Shown piece by piece: positions 26,043 to 34,632 of a stretch of 45,414 nt of DNA (positions are counted from its first letter, which is position 1; every line of letters starts with the position of its first letter). The notes under the pieces are model-generated. The model saw only the letters and a list, made by a program, of their open reading frames with translations, was not told the origin of the DNA and searched no databases. The translations under genes and the position numbers were made by a program. The DNA lies in contig CALXIU010000150.1 in assembly GCA_944388415.1 (NCBI GenBank), positions 1 to 45,414 on the forward strand, in the 5' to 3' direction. The DNA comes from an uncultured Ruthenibacterium sp. Lineage in GTDB: Bacteria; Bacillota; Clostridia; Oscillospirales; Ruminococcaceae.

Positions 26043-26867
26043 TTACACTTCGTATTCATCCACCGAGATGCGTTTGACGTCGCCGCCCGTGTACTCGCCC
26101 AAAAACCACTCCGACAGGCGGTGGAAGCTCTCCACGTCGTCGCTCACGTAGTATTCCGCGCGCCCTCCGTCCGGATTCAGCAGGCCGGAACTCGCCAGCG
26201 CCCGCTTGGCGTACTTCGCCGTCTCGCGGCCCGGGTCGATGAGCGCCACGTCCGGCCCCATCACGTCGCCGATGATCGGCGCGATTAGCGGATAGTGCGT
26301 GCACCCGAGGATCAGTGTGTCGACGCCCGCGTCGCGCAGCGGCGTGAGATAGTCGCGCGCGACGAGGTGCGTCACCTCGTTGCCGCGGTCAAAATAGCCG
26401 TTTTCCACCAGCGGCACGAACAGCGGGCAGCCCGCCGCCGTGATCGTCGTGTCCCGCCGCAGTGCGCGGATGGCCCGCTCGTAGCTGCGGCTCATCACCG
26501 TCGCCGGCGTGCCGATCACGCCGATGTGCCCCGTGCGTGTCGCCTCCACCGCCGCCGCGGCCGTCGACGCCACCACGCCCGTGTACGGCACGGCCAGCGC
26601 GTCGGAGTACTCGTGCGGAAGCGTGCTCGACACCGTGCCGCACGCCGCGATGATGAATTTGACGTCCTTTTCCAGCAAAAACGCGATGTCCTGTTTGGCG
26701 TACCGGATGATCGTGTCGCGGCCGCGCGTGCCGTACGGCACGCGCCCCGTGTCGCCGAAATACACGATGTCCTCGTGCGGCAGGATGCGCCGCAGTTCGC
26801 GCACGGCCGTCAGGCCGCCGAGGCCGGAGTCAAACACGCCGACCGGTTTTTTCCGCACGTCAGCCAT
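26043..26867 (-). CDS. murI: Glutamate racemase
   Basis: GVFDSGLGGLT, RVPYG, AACGT, LGCTHYP. Confidence 0.96.
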   Translation of the reverse strand: MADVRKKPVGVFDSGLGGLTAVRELRRILPHEDIVYFGDTGRVPYGTRGRDTIIRYAKQDIAFLLEKDVKFIIAACGTVSSTLPHEYSDALAVPYTGVVASTAAAAVEATRTGHIGVIGTPATVMSRSYERAIRALRRDTTITAAGCPLFVPLVENGYFDRGNEVTHLVARDYLTPLRDAGVDTLILGCTHYPLIAPIIGDVMGPDVALIDPGRETAKYAKRALASSGLLNPDGGRAEYYVSDDVESFHRLSEWFLGEYTGGDVKRISVDEYEV

Positions 26868-27942
26868 GATTTGCCTCCGCGCGCTCGAACGCCAGCGCGA
26901 TCAGGCTGTCCAGCAGCGACGCGTACGTGTCACCCGCCGCCATCATCAGCTTCGGATACATGCTGATGGACGTGAAGCCCGGCAGCGTGTTGATCTCGTT
27001 CAAAAGCACCTTGCCCGTGCCCTCCTCGACGAAGAAGTCCACGCGCGCGAGGCCCGTGCAGCACAGCGCGCGGTAGGCCCGCGCCGCCGTGTCGCGCACC
27101 TCGTCGAGCTTTTCCTCCGGCAGATGCGCCGGGATGGCCGTGCGCGACGTGCCCGAGACGTACTTGTCATCGTACGTGTAGAACTCGGCGCTCGCGAGGA
27201 TCTCGCCCGGGCGCGTGCTCGTCACGTCCGTGTTGCCGCGCACCGCGCACTCGACCTCCTGCCCGCGCACAAAGCGCTCGAAGACGATGCGCGTGTCGTG
27301 CTCAGCGGCCGTCTCCACCGCGCGGCGCAACTCTTCCTTGTCGTGCGCCTTCGAGATGCCGACGCTCGATCCCGCGTTCGCGGGCTTGACGAAGATGGGG
27401 TAGCCCAGCTTCGCCGCCACGCGGCGCTCCACCGCGTCGAACTCGGGCAGCTCGCGCGTCTCCATGTAGTCCCAATCGCACCGCGCGATGCCGTGCGCGT
27501 CCATCACGCAGTTCGCGATCACTTTGTCCATGCAAACGGCGCTCGACAGCGTGCCGCAGCCGACGTAGGGGATGCCCGTCAGGTCAAGAAGTCCCTGCAC
27601 CGTGCCGTCCTCGCCGTACTTGCCGTGCAAAACGGGGAACACCACGTCCACGTGCACGCAGCGCGCGCCGCCCTCGCCGAAGACGACGAGTCCGTCCATC
27701 CCGCTGCCGGGGCAGAAGGCCGCCGGCGTGCGCGCGGCGTTTTCCCACTCGCCCGAGGCGATCAGCGCCTCGTCGCCCTGATACAGATACCACCGCCCGG
27801 CCTTGTCGATGCCCACGGGCAGCACGTCATATGTTTCGCGGTCGAGGTTCGCGAGAACGCTCGACGCGCTCAGTCTTGAAATTTCATGCTCGCTGGACGC
27901 GCCGCCGAACAGCACCGCGACCGTCAGCTTGTTTTTGCTCAA
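26860..27942 (-). CDS. ddl: D-alanine--D-alanine ligase
   Basis: FGGASSEHEIS, LHGKYGEDG, KPANAGSSVG, FYTYDDKY, NEINTLPGFT; TTG start. Confidence 0.95.
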   Translation of the reverse strand: MSKNKLTVAVLFGGASSEHEISRLSASSVLANLDRETYDVLPVGIDKAGRWYLYQGDEALIASGEWENAARTPAAFCPGSGMDGLVVFGEGGARCVHVDVVFPVLHGKYGEDGTVQGLLDLTGIPYVGCGTLSSAVCMDKVIANCVMDAHGIARCDWDYMETRELPEFDAVERRVAAKLGYPIFVKPANAGSSVGISKAHDKEELRRAVETAAEHDTRIVFERFVRGQEVECAVRGNTDVTSTRPGEILASAEFYTYDDKYVSGTSRTAIPAHLPEEKLDEVRDTAARAYRALCCTGLARVDFFVEEGTGKVLLNEINTLPGFTSISMYPKLMMAAGDTYASLLDSLIALAFERAEANHG

Positions 27943-28205
27943 AAAACACCCTTCTTTCCGCAAGCCGCGCTTGCGCATTTTTACAATAAATATTATAATA
28001 CCATATGCGTTATGAATTTGAAAGCGGAAAACAAAAATCTTTCGCGCAAAAAACGCTTGACGCGCCCCACGCGATATGCTATGATGATTGTACCTCTTTT
28101 GCAGGTCTATTTTTTTGTGCGCATTTTTGGGTGTGACGCCCGACCGCAGCGCACGCGGCCTGCCGCGCGAGGGAGGCTAATTAACCGTTCAATGGAGGTG
28201 CCGAA

Positions 28206-28355
28206 ATGAGAGTCAAGATCACACTGGCCTGCACGGAGTGCAAGCAGCGCAACTACCACACGATGAAGAACAAGAAGAACAGCCCGGATCGTCTGGAGAT
28301 GAAGAAGTACTGCCGCTTCTGCAAGAAGCACACGGTTCATCGCGAGACCAAGTGA
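28206..28355 (+). CDS. rpmG: 50S ribosomal protein L33 (Zn-binding type; missing from the ORF track)
   Basis: [49 protein letters not shown]. Confidence 0.97.
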   Translation: MRVKITLACTECKQRNYHTMKNKKNSPDRLEMKKYCRFCKKHTVHRETK

Positions 28356-28373
28356 GAAAGGCGGACGGACACA

Positions 28374-28631
28374 ATGGCAGATAAGTCTGTGAAAAAGAAG
28401 GGCTTTTTCGCGAAGGTGAAAGGCTTCTTCACCGGCGTCGGCAAGTTCTTCCGCGACATCATCAGCGAGATGAAGAAGGTCGTCTGGCCCTCGAAGAAGC
28501 AGATCATCAACAACACGCTCGTCGTGCTGGCAGTGGTGGTCATCGCGGCCGTCATCCTCGTCGTGATCGACGCGGTGTTCGGATACGGAATCAGCGGCCT
28601 GTTCAAGCTGCTGGGCAATCTGTCCGCATAA
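28374..28631 (+). CDS. secE: Preprotein translocase subunit SecE
   Basis: SEMKKVVWPS plus a TM helix; conserved position. Confidence 0.95.
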   Translation: MADKSVKKKGFFAKVKGFFTGVGKFFRDIISEMKKVVWPSKKQIINNTLVVLAVVVIAAVILVVIDAVFGYGISGLFKLLGNLSA

Positions 28632-28663
28632 GCCTGTGCCGGCAGAAAAGCGGAGGAGACGAA

Positions 28664-29311
28664 ATGAGTCAGGAAAATGACGGCAAGGCCCGCTGGTATG
28701 TGGTCCACACCTACTCGGGCTATGAAAACAAGGTCGCGCAGAATCTTCTCAAAATCGTGGAAAACCGCCGTCTGCAGGAGTGGATTCACGAGGTGAAGAT
28801 CCCCACAGAGCTCGTGAAGGTGGTCAGGACCGAAGAGCCTGAGGAAGAGAACGACGCAGAACTCGAAGATTTCGATCTGGATGAATTCGACGAGGACGCG
28901 GCGGTCAAAAAGAAGAAAAAGAAAAGCAAGAAGAAACCGAAGGACGAGGTGGAGCGCAAGCTCTATCCGGGCTACGTTTTCGTGAAGATGGTCATGACGG
29001 ACGACAGCTGGTACATCGTGCGCAACACGCGCGGCGTCACGGGTTTCGTCGGTTCTACGACCAAGCCGATCCCGCTCACCGATGAGGAAGTTTTCAAGCT
29101 CAGCGGCGGCGCGAACGGCGCAGAGAAGGCCAGAGTCAGCGTCGACTACGGCGTCGGCGACCACATCCAGATCGTCGACGGTTCGCTCAAGGGCTGCATC
29201 GGCGTTGTGGAGGAGATCGACTTCGCCTCGGAGACGGTCAAGGCCAAGGTATCGATGTTCGGGCGCGAGACGCCCGCGGAGCTCAGCTTCACGCAGATCA
29301 AGCTGCTCTGA
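28664..29311 (+). CDS. nusG: Transcription termination/antitermination factor NusG
   Basis: [30 protein letters not shown] domain, MFGRETP. Confidence 0.97.
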   Translation: MSQENDGKARWYVVHTYSGYENKVAQNLLKIVENRRLQEWIHEVKIPTELVKVVRTEEPEEENDAELEDFDLDEFDEDAAVKKKKKKSKKKPKDEVERKLYPGYVFVKMVMTDDSWYIVRNTRGVTGFVGSTTKPIPLTDEEVFKLSGGANGAEKARVSVDYGVGDHIQIVDGSLKGCIGVVEEIDFASETVKAKVSMFGRETPAELSFTQIKLL

Positions 29312-29372
29312 CGTACAATTCGCTGAAAACCGCCTCCGGGCGGCTTTTGGAAGAGTATGCGACCGCATACTC

Positions 29373-29418
29373 GTGGGAGGGCGGCGGCGCTCGGCCGCAC
29401 AGCCCGCAACGAACCACA
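29373..29418 (+). promoter_or_regulatory. Ribosomal protein L1-binding leader element upstream of rplK
   Basis: GTGGGAG...ACCAC closing stem just 5' of the RBS, the Firmicute L1 autoregulatory pattern. Confidence 0.6.
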
Positions 29419-29438
29419 ATTTTTGGAGGTGCACAGTA

Positions 29439-29864
29439 ATGGCTCAGAAGGTAGTGGGGTATATCAAGCTCCAGATCCCGGCCGGTAAAGCTACCCCGGC
29501 TCCCCCCGTTGGCCCGGCGCTCGGCCAGCACGGCGTGAACATCATGGCGTTCACGAAGGAATTTAACGAGCGCACGCAGAAGGATATCGGTTACCTGATC
29601 CCCGTTGTGATCACGGTTTATGCCGACCGTTCGTTCAGCTTCATCACGAAGACGCCGCCCGCGGCGGTCCTCATCAAGAAGACGCTGGGCATCGAGAGCG
29701 GTTCCGGCACTCCCAACAAGACGAAAGTCGCGTCGATCACGCGCGCTCAGCTCGAGGAGATCGCCAAGACGAAGATGCCCGACCTGAACGCCGCTTCTCT
29801 GGACGCGGCCGTCAGCATGGTTGCGGGCACCTGCCGCAGCATGGGCGTCACGGTCGCAGACTGA
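29439..29864 (+). CDS. rplK: 50S ribosomal protein L11
   Basis: [27 protein letters not shown]. Confidence 0.98.
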   Translation: MAQKVVGYIKLQIPAGKATPAPPVGPALGQHGVNIMAFTKEFNERTQKDIGYLIPVVITVYADRSFSFITKTPPAAVLIKKTLGIESGSGTPNKTKVASITRAQLEEIAKTKMPDLNAASLDAAVSMVAGTCRSMGVTVAD

Positions 29865-29878
29865 TCGCTGACAGCATC

Positions 29879-29906
29879 GTGGGAGGAAAATTCCGATTTT
29901 ACCACA
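29879..29906 (+). promoter_or_regulatory. Ribosomal protein L1-binding leader element upstream of rplA
   Basis: GTGGGAGGAAAATTCCGATTTTACCAC. Confidence 0.6.
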
Positions 29907-29919
29907 CAGGGAGGATACT

Positions 29920-30615
29920 ATGAAACAGGGTAAAAAATATGTCGACAGCAAAAAGCTGGTCGATCGTTCGAAACTGTATGACAGCGTCGAGGCCCTCGAT
30001 CTGTGCTGCAAGACCGCAAAGGCGAAGTTTGACGAGACTGTCGAGCTGCACGTCCGTCTGGGCGTCGACAGCCGTCACGCCGATCAGCAGGTCCGCGGCG
30101 CGGTCGTGCTGCCCAACGGCACCGGCAAGGACGTCCGCGTTGTCGCCATCGCGAAGGGCGACGCCGCCAAGGCCGCTGAGGCTGCCGGCGCGATGCTCGT
30201 CGGCGATGCCGACATCATTGCGAAGATCCAGAACGAAGGCTTCATCGATTTCGACGTGCTCGTCACCACGCCCGACATGATGGGTATGGTCGGCCGTCTC
30301 GGTAAGATCCTTGGCCCGCGCGGCTTGATGCCGAACCCCAAGGCCGGCACCGTGACCCCCGACATCGGCCGCGCCGTCACCGAGGCGAAGGCCGGTAAGA
30401 TCGAGTATCGTCTCGACAAGGCCAACATCATCCACGTGCCCATCGGCAAGGCCTCTTTCGGCGCCGAGAAGCTGGACGTCAACCTCAAGACGGTCATGGA
30501 AGCCATCGTGAAGGCGAAGCCCGCCGCTGCGAAGGGCCAGTATATCAAGAGCGTCGTCGTGGCGTCCACGATGGGCCCTGGTATTAAAGTTTCCAGCCAG
30601 AAGTTCGGCGGCTGA
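29920..30615 (+). CDS. rplA: 50S ribosomal protein L1
   Basis: [29 protein letters not shown]. Confidence 0.98.
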   Translation: MKQGKKYVDSKKLVDRSKLYDSVEALDLCCKTAKAKFDETVELHVRLGVDSRHADQQVRGAVVLPNGTGKDVRVVAIAKGDAAKAAEAAGAMLVGDADIIAKIQNEGFIDFDVLVTTPDMMGMVGRLGKILGPRGLMPNPKAGTVTPDIGRAVTEAKAGKIEYRLDKANIIHVPIGKASFGAEKLDVNLKTVMEAIVKAKPAAAKGQYIKSVVVASTMGPGIKVSSQKFGG

Positions 30616-30765
30616 GTTTCCTGAACGTTGAAACGCAGCGGATGCGGGAACGTTCCTCCCGCGGCGCACAGCGCCGCGCGGCACGCTCCGCTGGCGTTTT
30701 GCCACGACAAAACGCCGGACGCTGCGCTATCAAAGTTTCCAGCCAGAAGTTCGGCGGCTGAGTTT
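30586..30765 (+). repeat. 34-bp direct repeat of the rplA 3' end flanking a 112-bp structured spacer
   Basis: AAAGTTTCCAGCCAGAAGTTCGGCGGCTGAGTTT at 30586-30619 and 30732-30765. Confidence 0.9.
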
Positions 30766-30785
30766 TCACTTGTCAAAACGTCACG

Positions 30786-30838
30786 CCCCTGCCTCCCCAT
30801 TGAGGGGAGGTGCCGAGCGTGAGCGAGGCGGAGGGGTG
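30786..30838. repeat. REP/MITE-like palindromic intergenic element
   Basis: CCTCCCC-ATTGA-GGGGAGG hairpin followed by TGCCGAGCGTGAGCGAGGCGGAGGGG, resembling short dispersed palindromic repeats of GC-rich bacteria. Confidence 0.5.
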
Positions 30839-30887
30839 AACTGCACCCGCTTCCCTTGTGCGATGTTGTGAAACCGCCGCAAAACCC

Positions 30888-31049
30888 TTGACAAACGCAC
30901 GTTTCGCGTGCTATACTTTATAAGCTGTTTTAAAGACAGCAGGTGCTTTGCGTAAGGGCTTTGTCACGCCTGCCGAGAAACGTGCAAAAAATGCTGAAGG
31001 AAACCTTTGGTTTTTTGAGCCTCTTTCTCGCGGGAGAAAGAGGCTTTTC
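30888..31049 (+). promoter_or_regulatory. rplJ promoter, L10 leader and attenuator hairpin
   Basis: TTGACA(30888)...TG-C-TATACT(30912); AAGACAGCAGG...CCTGCCGAG L10-leader core; AGCCTCTTTCTC-GCGG-GAGAAAGAGGCT-TTT terminator. Confidence 0.8.
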
Positions 31050-31103
31050 GTTTTTGCGCCTTTTGTCTTGAAGCAAATCTACAAGCAAACGAGGTGAAAC
31101 AAT

Positions 31104-31613
31104 TTGCCCAGTCAGAAGATTTTGAGCGAGAAGCAGGCATACGTTGCCGCTCTGCACGAGAAGATCAAGGCGTCGGTTGCCGGCGTTGTGGTCGACTACA
31201 AGGGCATCAACGTGGCTGACGACACGAAGCTCCGCAAGGAACTGCGTGAGGCCGGCGTCGAGTACGCCGTCGTCAAGAACACGATGCTGCGTCTGGCTCT
31301 GAAGGACACGGGTCTGGAGGATATGTCCAGCGTGCTCGAGGGCGCCACGGCGCTCGCGACTTCCGCGGATGATCCCATCGCTCCTGCGCGCATCCTGAAC
31401 AAGTACGCCGAGGCGTCCAAGGGCGCGTTCTCGCTGAAGAGCGGCTACATGGACGGCAGCGTGCTGGACGAGGCCAGCCTGAACGCCATCGCCAAGCTGC
31501 CCGACTACAAGGGAATGCTCTCCATGTTCGCCGGCGCGCTCACCAGCACCCTCAGCGGTCTGGCCGTCGCCATGCAGGCCTATGTGGACAAGCAGGAAGA
31601 GCCTGCTGCGTAA
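31104..31613 (+). CDS. rplJ: 50S ribosomal protein L10
   Basis: DYKGINV...LRKELR...VVKNTM; TTG start. Confidence 0.97.
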   Translation: MPSQKILSEKQAYVAALHEKIKASVAGVVVDYKGINVADDTKLRKELREAGVEYAVVKNTMLRLALKDTGLEDMSSVLEGATALATSADDPIAPARILNKYAEASKGAFSLKSGYMDGSVLDEASLNAIAKLPDYKGMLSMFAGALTSTLSGLAVAMQAYVDKQEEPAA

Positions 31614-31664
31614 TCCCGCACGGATCCATTCAATTACAATCAACCAATATTGGAGGTATTTATC

Positions 31665-32033
31665 ATGGCTTCTGAGAAGATCACTGCCATCCTTGACCAG
31701 ATCAAGGGTCTGTCCATCCTCGAGCTGAAAGAGCTCATCGACACCTATTGCGAGGAGTTCGGCGTCTCTGCTGTCGCCGCTGCCGCTCCCGCTGCCGCCG
31801 CTGCTCCCGCTGAGGAGGAGAAGACGGAGTTCGACGTCGTGCTGGCTGAAGTCGGCGCCAACAAGATGGCCGTCATCCGTGCCGTCAAGGACGTCACCGG
31901 TCTGGGCCTGAAGGAAGCGAAGGCGCTGGTTGACGGCGCTCCCAAGACCCTGAAGGAGGGTGCTTCCAAGGCGGACGCCGAGGATATGAAGAAGAAGCTG
32001 GAAGAGGTCGGCGCGAAGATCGAGCTGAAGTAA
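31665..32033 (+). CDS. rplL: 50S ribosomal protein L7/L12
   Basis: [27 protein letters not shown]. Confidence 0.98.
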   Translation: MASEKITAILDQIKGLSILELKELIDTYCEEFGVSAVAAAAPAAAAAPAEEEKTEFDVVLAEVGANKMAVIRAVKDVTGLGLKEAKALVDGAPKTLKEGASKADAEDMKKKLEEVGAKIELK

Positions 32034-32047
32034 TTCCAACGCTCTCA

Positions 32048-32079
32048 AAAAGCCGGAGGAATTTTCCTCCGGCTTTTTT
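32048..32079 (+). terminator. Terminator after rplL
   Basis: AAAAGCCGGAGG-GAATTTT-CCTCCGGCTTTTTT. Confidence 0.85.
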
Positions 32080-32163
32080 GTGTCTGCGGATATATTTGCA
32101 AAATCTATATTTTGTGGTATAGTATACTCGTATTCGTCTGCGGACAAGGAGAGGAGTTGCACC

Positions 32164-34119
32164 GTGTTTTCACAGTTCAGCATAGCCCTTGCGGCTGCGG
32201 CGGTGCTCGTTTGCGTATGTGGAGGGGCGCTGCTCCGCAAAGAGCCGCGCACGATCAAATCGATCCTGGCGAGAGGCTACCTTTGGTCGGCGCTCGCCGT
32301 TTGCACGGTCCAGTCGCTGTCGTCCGGCCTTGCGGTCTTTGGTCTGACGCTGCCCTCGGCCGCGCTGGAAGCGTTCGCGTGCGCCGCTGCCGGCGCGCCG
32401 TCGCTGTTTGCCGTCTTTTATCTCATCCGTGCGCTGCGCGAGCCGCGCCTGTCCGGCCGCCGCGTCTGGCTCGCGGCCGTTCCGTTCGTGCTGGGCGCTT
32501 TGGCCTGCGCGGGCGGCTTTGCGTGGGCGCTTGGCACGCAGGACGCCGCCGCATCCTTCGCTGCGTTTGCGCTCGCCGCACCGGTCGTCTCGCTCATCCA
32601 CGCCGCCGCGCTGATCGCCGGCTGCATCTGGGGCGTCCGGCGCCGTTCGGTCTCCGCCCGGGAACTCTGGGCGGCTGCCCTTTCCGCCGTGTGCACGGCT
32701 GCGGGAGGGATCGCCTGTCTTGTCGGTTTCGGGTCATCTGCGCTGTCGCTTGGGACCGCATGCGGCGCGGTCCTTTTCGCCGCGCTGGCGTCGTTTCCCT
32801 CCGCCGCGGCTGTGCCCGGCACCCGTTTGTATTCGCACAGTGCCTTTTTGGAGACGGTCCGGGCGCTGTATGAAGAAAACAGGCCCTTCACCTGTACTGC
32901 GGTCGTGCTCGACCAGCTTCCGCTTCTGGAGCAGTCCGGAACGCCGGCCGCATCGCTTGCGCTCACGCGCGATCTGGAGCGGTTCCTTGTGCGCGCCGCC
33001 CGCCGCAGCGCCGTGTATCGCATCGATCCGGCGACGTTTGCGATCCTCGATGCGGGTGCGGAGCGCCGCGAGCAGATGATGGCGGAGATGGAGCGCCGGT
33101 TTGAACAGCCGTGGGGCGCCTTCGGACGCTTGGAGATCCGGTTCGTCAAGCTGTACGCGCCGCAGGATTGCACCGACGCGGCGGGCCTCGTCCGTGTGCT
33201 GACAGAGCTTGCGGCCCGAGCGCGGCGTGCGGGCGGGCCGATGCTCCTCTCCTGTGATGAAGCGATGCATGAGCGCACCGAGCGTCGCCGTCTTGTTTCG
33301 GATGCGTTCCGCCGCGCGCTGGATTCGGGTGAGCTGGAGATCGTCTTCCGTCCGGTCTACACACCGCGCGTCCACCGCGTCACGGCGGCTCAGGCGTACT
33401 CGCAGCTGACGGACGATTCACTGGGCACGATCTCCGATGAGGAATTGCGCTTTGCCGCGCGCGAGGCGCGTGCGGAACTTCGGTTCGGCGAGCTGCTGTT
33501 CGACCGGCTCTGCATGTCGCTGTCGGAATCCGGATTGCAGGAAGCGGGCATCGGCTCGGTCCATTTGGCGCTCTCTCCGATGCAATGGCGGCGCAGCGGC
33601 CTTGCGGATACGCTGGCTGAGATCGCGCACCGCCATGAGATGGAGCTCAGCCGCTTTGTGTTCGAGGCGGACGAGAACGTCGTGAGCGACGGGAGCGGGG
33701 AGTACGCCGCGAACGCGGACCGGCTGTTTGCCTTCGGCGCGCGGACAGCCATCTCCGGCTTCGGGGCGGGCGAGTCGAATCTCAGCCGCCTTCTGGGACT
33801 GGATGCAAAGCTCATCAAATTCGATTCAGAGCTCGTCCATGCCTACTGCCGGAAGGAGACGTCCGTGCCGGACTACCTCGCGCCGCTCTTCGCCTCGAAG
33901 GGCAAGCAGCTGATGGCCGACGGCGTCGAGACAAAAAGCCACGCCGACGCGATGACGCGCCTCGGCTGCGCCGGACTGCAGGGCGATTACTACGCGCGCC
34001 CGATGACGGCGCGGGAGCTCGTCTCGTACGTCTCCTCCGCCACAAGCGCGTGGGAGCACTTTGTGCGGGAACATACCGCGCCCGAGCGGAAAGCAGAAGA
34101 AAAACAAGCGGAGTCCTGA
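32164..34119 (+). CDS. Membrane-bound degenerate GGDEF-EAL domain protein
   Basis: N-terminal TM bundle; EAL-fold motifs eroded (IVFRPVY, AQAYSQL, ISGFGAGESNL, IKFDSEL, ADGVET, LQGDYYARP); GTG start after AGGAG. Confidence 0.78.
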   Translation: MFSQFSIALAAAAVLVCVCGGALLRKEPRTIKSILARGYLWSALAVCTVQSLSSGLAVFGLTLPSAALEAFACAAAGAPSLFAVFYLIRALREPRLSGRRVWLAAVPFVLGALACAGGFAWALGTQDAAASFAAFALAAPVVSLIHAAALIAGCIWGVRRRSVSARELWAAALSAVCTAAGGIACLVGFGSSALSLGTACGAVLFAALASFPSAAAVPGTRLYSHSAFLETVRALYEENRPFTCTAVVLDQLPLLEQSGTPAASLALTRDLERFLVRAARRSAVYRIDPATFAILDAGAERREQMMAEMERRFEQPWGAFGRLEIRFVKLYAPQDCTDAAGLVRVLTELAARARRAGGPMLLSCDEAMHERTERRRLVSDAFRRALDSGELEIVFRPVYTPRVHRVTAAQAYSQLTDDSLGTISDEELRFAAREARAELRFGELLFDRLCMSLSESGLQEAGIGSVHLALSPMQWRRSGLADTLAEIAHRHEMELSRFVFEADENVVSDGSGEYAANADRLFAFGARTAISGFGAGESNLSRLLGLDAKLIKFDSELVHAYCRKETSVPDYLAPLFASKGKQLMADGVETKSHADAMTRLGCAGLQGDYYARPMTARELVSYVSSATSAWEHFVREHTAPERKAEEKQAES

Positions 34120-34147
34120 GCGGCTCCGCTTTTTCTGTGTAAACTCA

Positions 34148-34211
34148 TCTACATTTGTCAATTAAAATCATTGACAAATGTCGACGAACATGATATTCTG
34201 AACATGTCGAC
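34148..34211 (+). promoter_or_regulatory. Promoter with BlaI/CopY-type operator palindromes
   Basis: CTACATTTGTCA and TGACAAATGTCG (ACA-N2-TGT cores) flank and overlap TTGACA(34171); -10 TATTCT. Confidence 0.7.
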
Positions 34212-34233
34212 AAAGAAGGAAGGGAGCTCTCCG

Positions 34234-34632
34234 ATGAACACGATCGATAAACTGCCGGAGGCGGAGCTGGACGTCATGCTCTGCCTCTGGAAATACCGGG
34301 AGCCGGTGCGCACGGCGCGCGTTCTGGAGGACGTGCAGAAGGACCACGCGTGGACGCTGTCCACGCTCAAGGCGCTGCTCGCGCGCCTGTGCGAAAAGGG
34401 TTTCGTAGAGGTCACGCGGGAGGGGCGCTTCACGCTGTACCGCGCCCTCGTGGCGGAGGAAGATTACCGCCGCCGCGAGACGAGCGGCCTGCTGCGCCGG
34501 TATTTCGCCAATTCACCGAAGAATTTGATCGCTGCGCTCGTGCAGGAGAGCGACCTGACGGGCGATGACATTGCCGAACTGGAAGAACTGATCCGAAAGG
34601 CAAGGGAAGGACATGCTGACAAAATGCTTTGA
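34234..34632 (+). CDS. BlaI/MecI/CopY family repressor
   Basis: AELDVMLCLW...WTLSTLKALLARLCEKGFV. Confidence 0.92.
   Translation: MNTIDKLPEAELDVMLCLWKYREPVRTARVLEDVQKDHAWTLSTLKALLARLCEKGFVEVTREGRFTLYRALVAEEDYRRRETSGLLRRYFANSPKNLIAALVQESDLTGDDIAELEELIRKAREGHADKML

Noticed and set aside
26860-27942. Van-type D-Ala-D-Lac ligase
   Set aside because: The omega loop reads FYTYDDKY as in ordinary Ddl, the context is housekeeping (murI, argS), and there are no vanH/vanX genes.
30586-30765. CRISPR-like repeat-spacer-repeat
   Set aside because: Only two copies, the repeat is rplA coding sequence, the 112-bp spacer is too long, and there are no cas genes.
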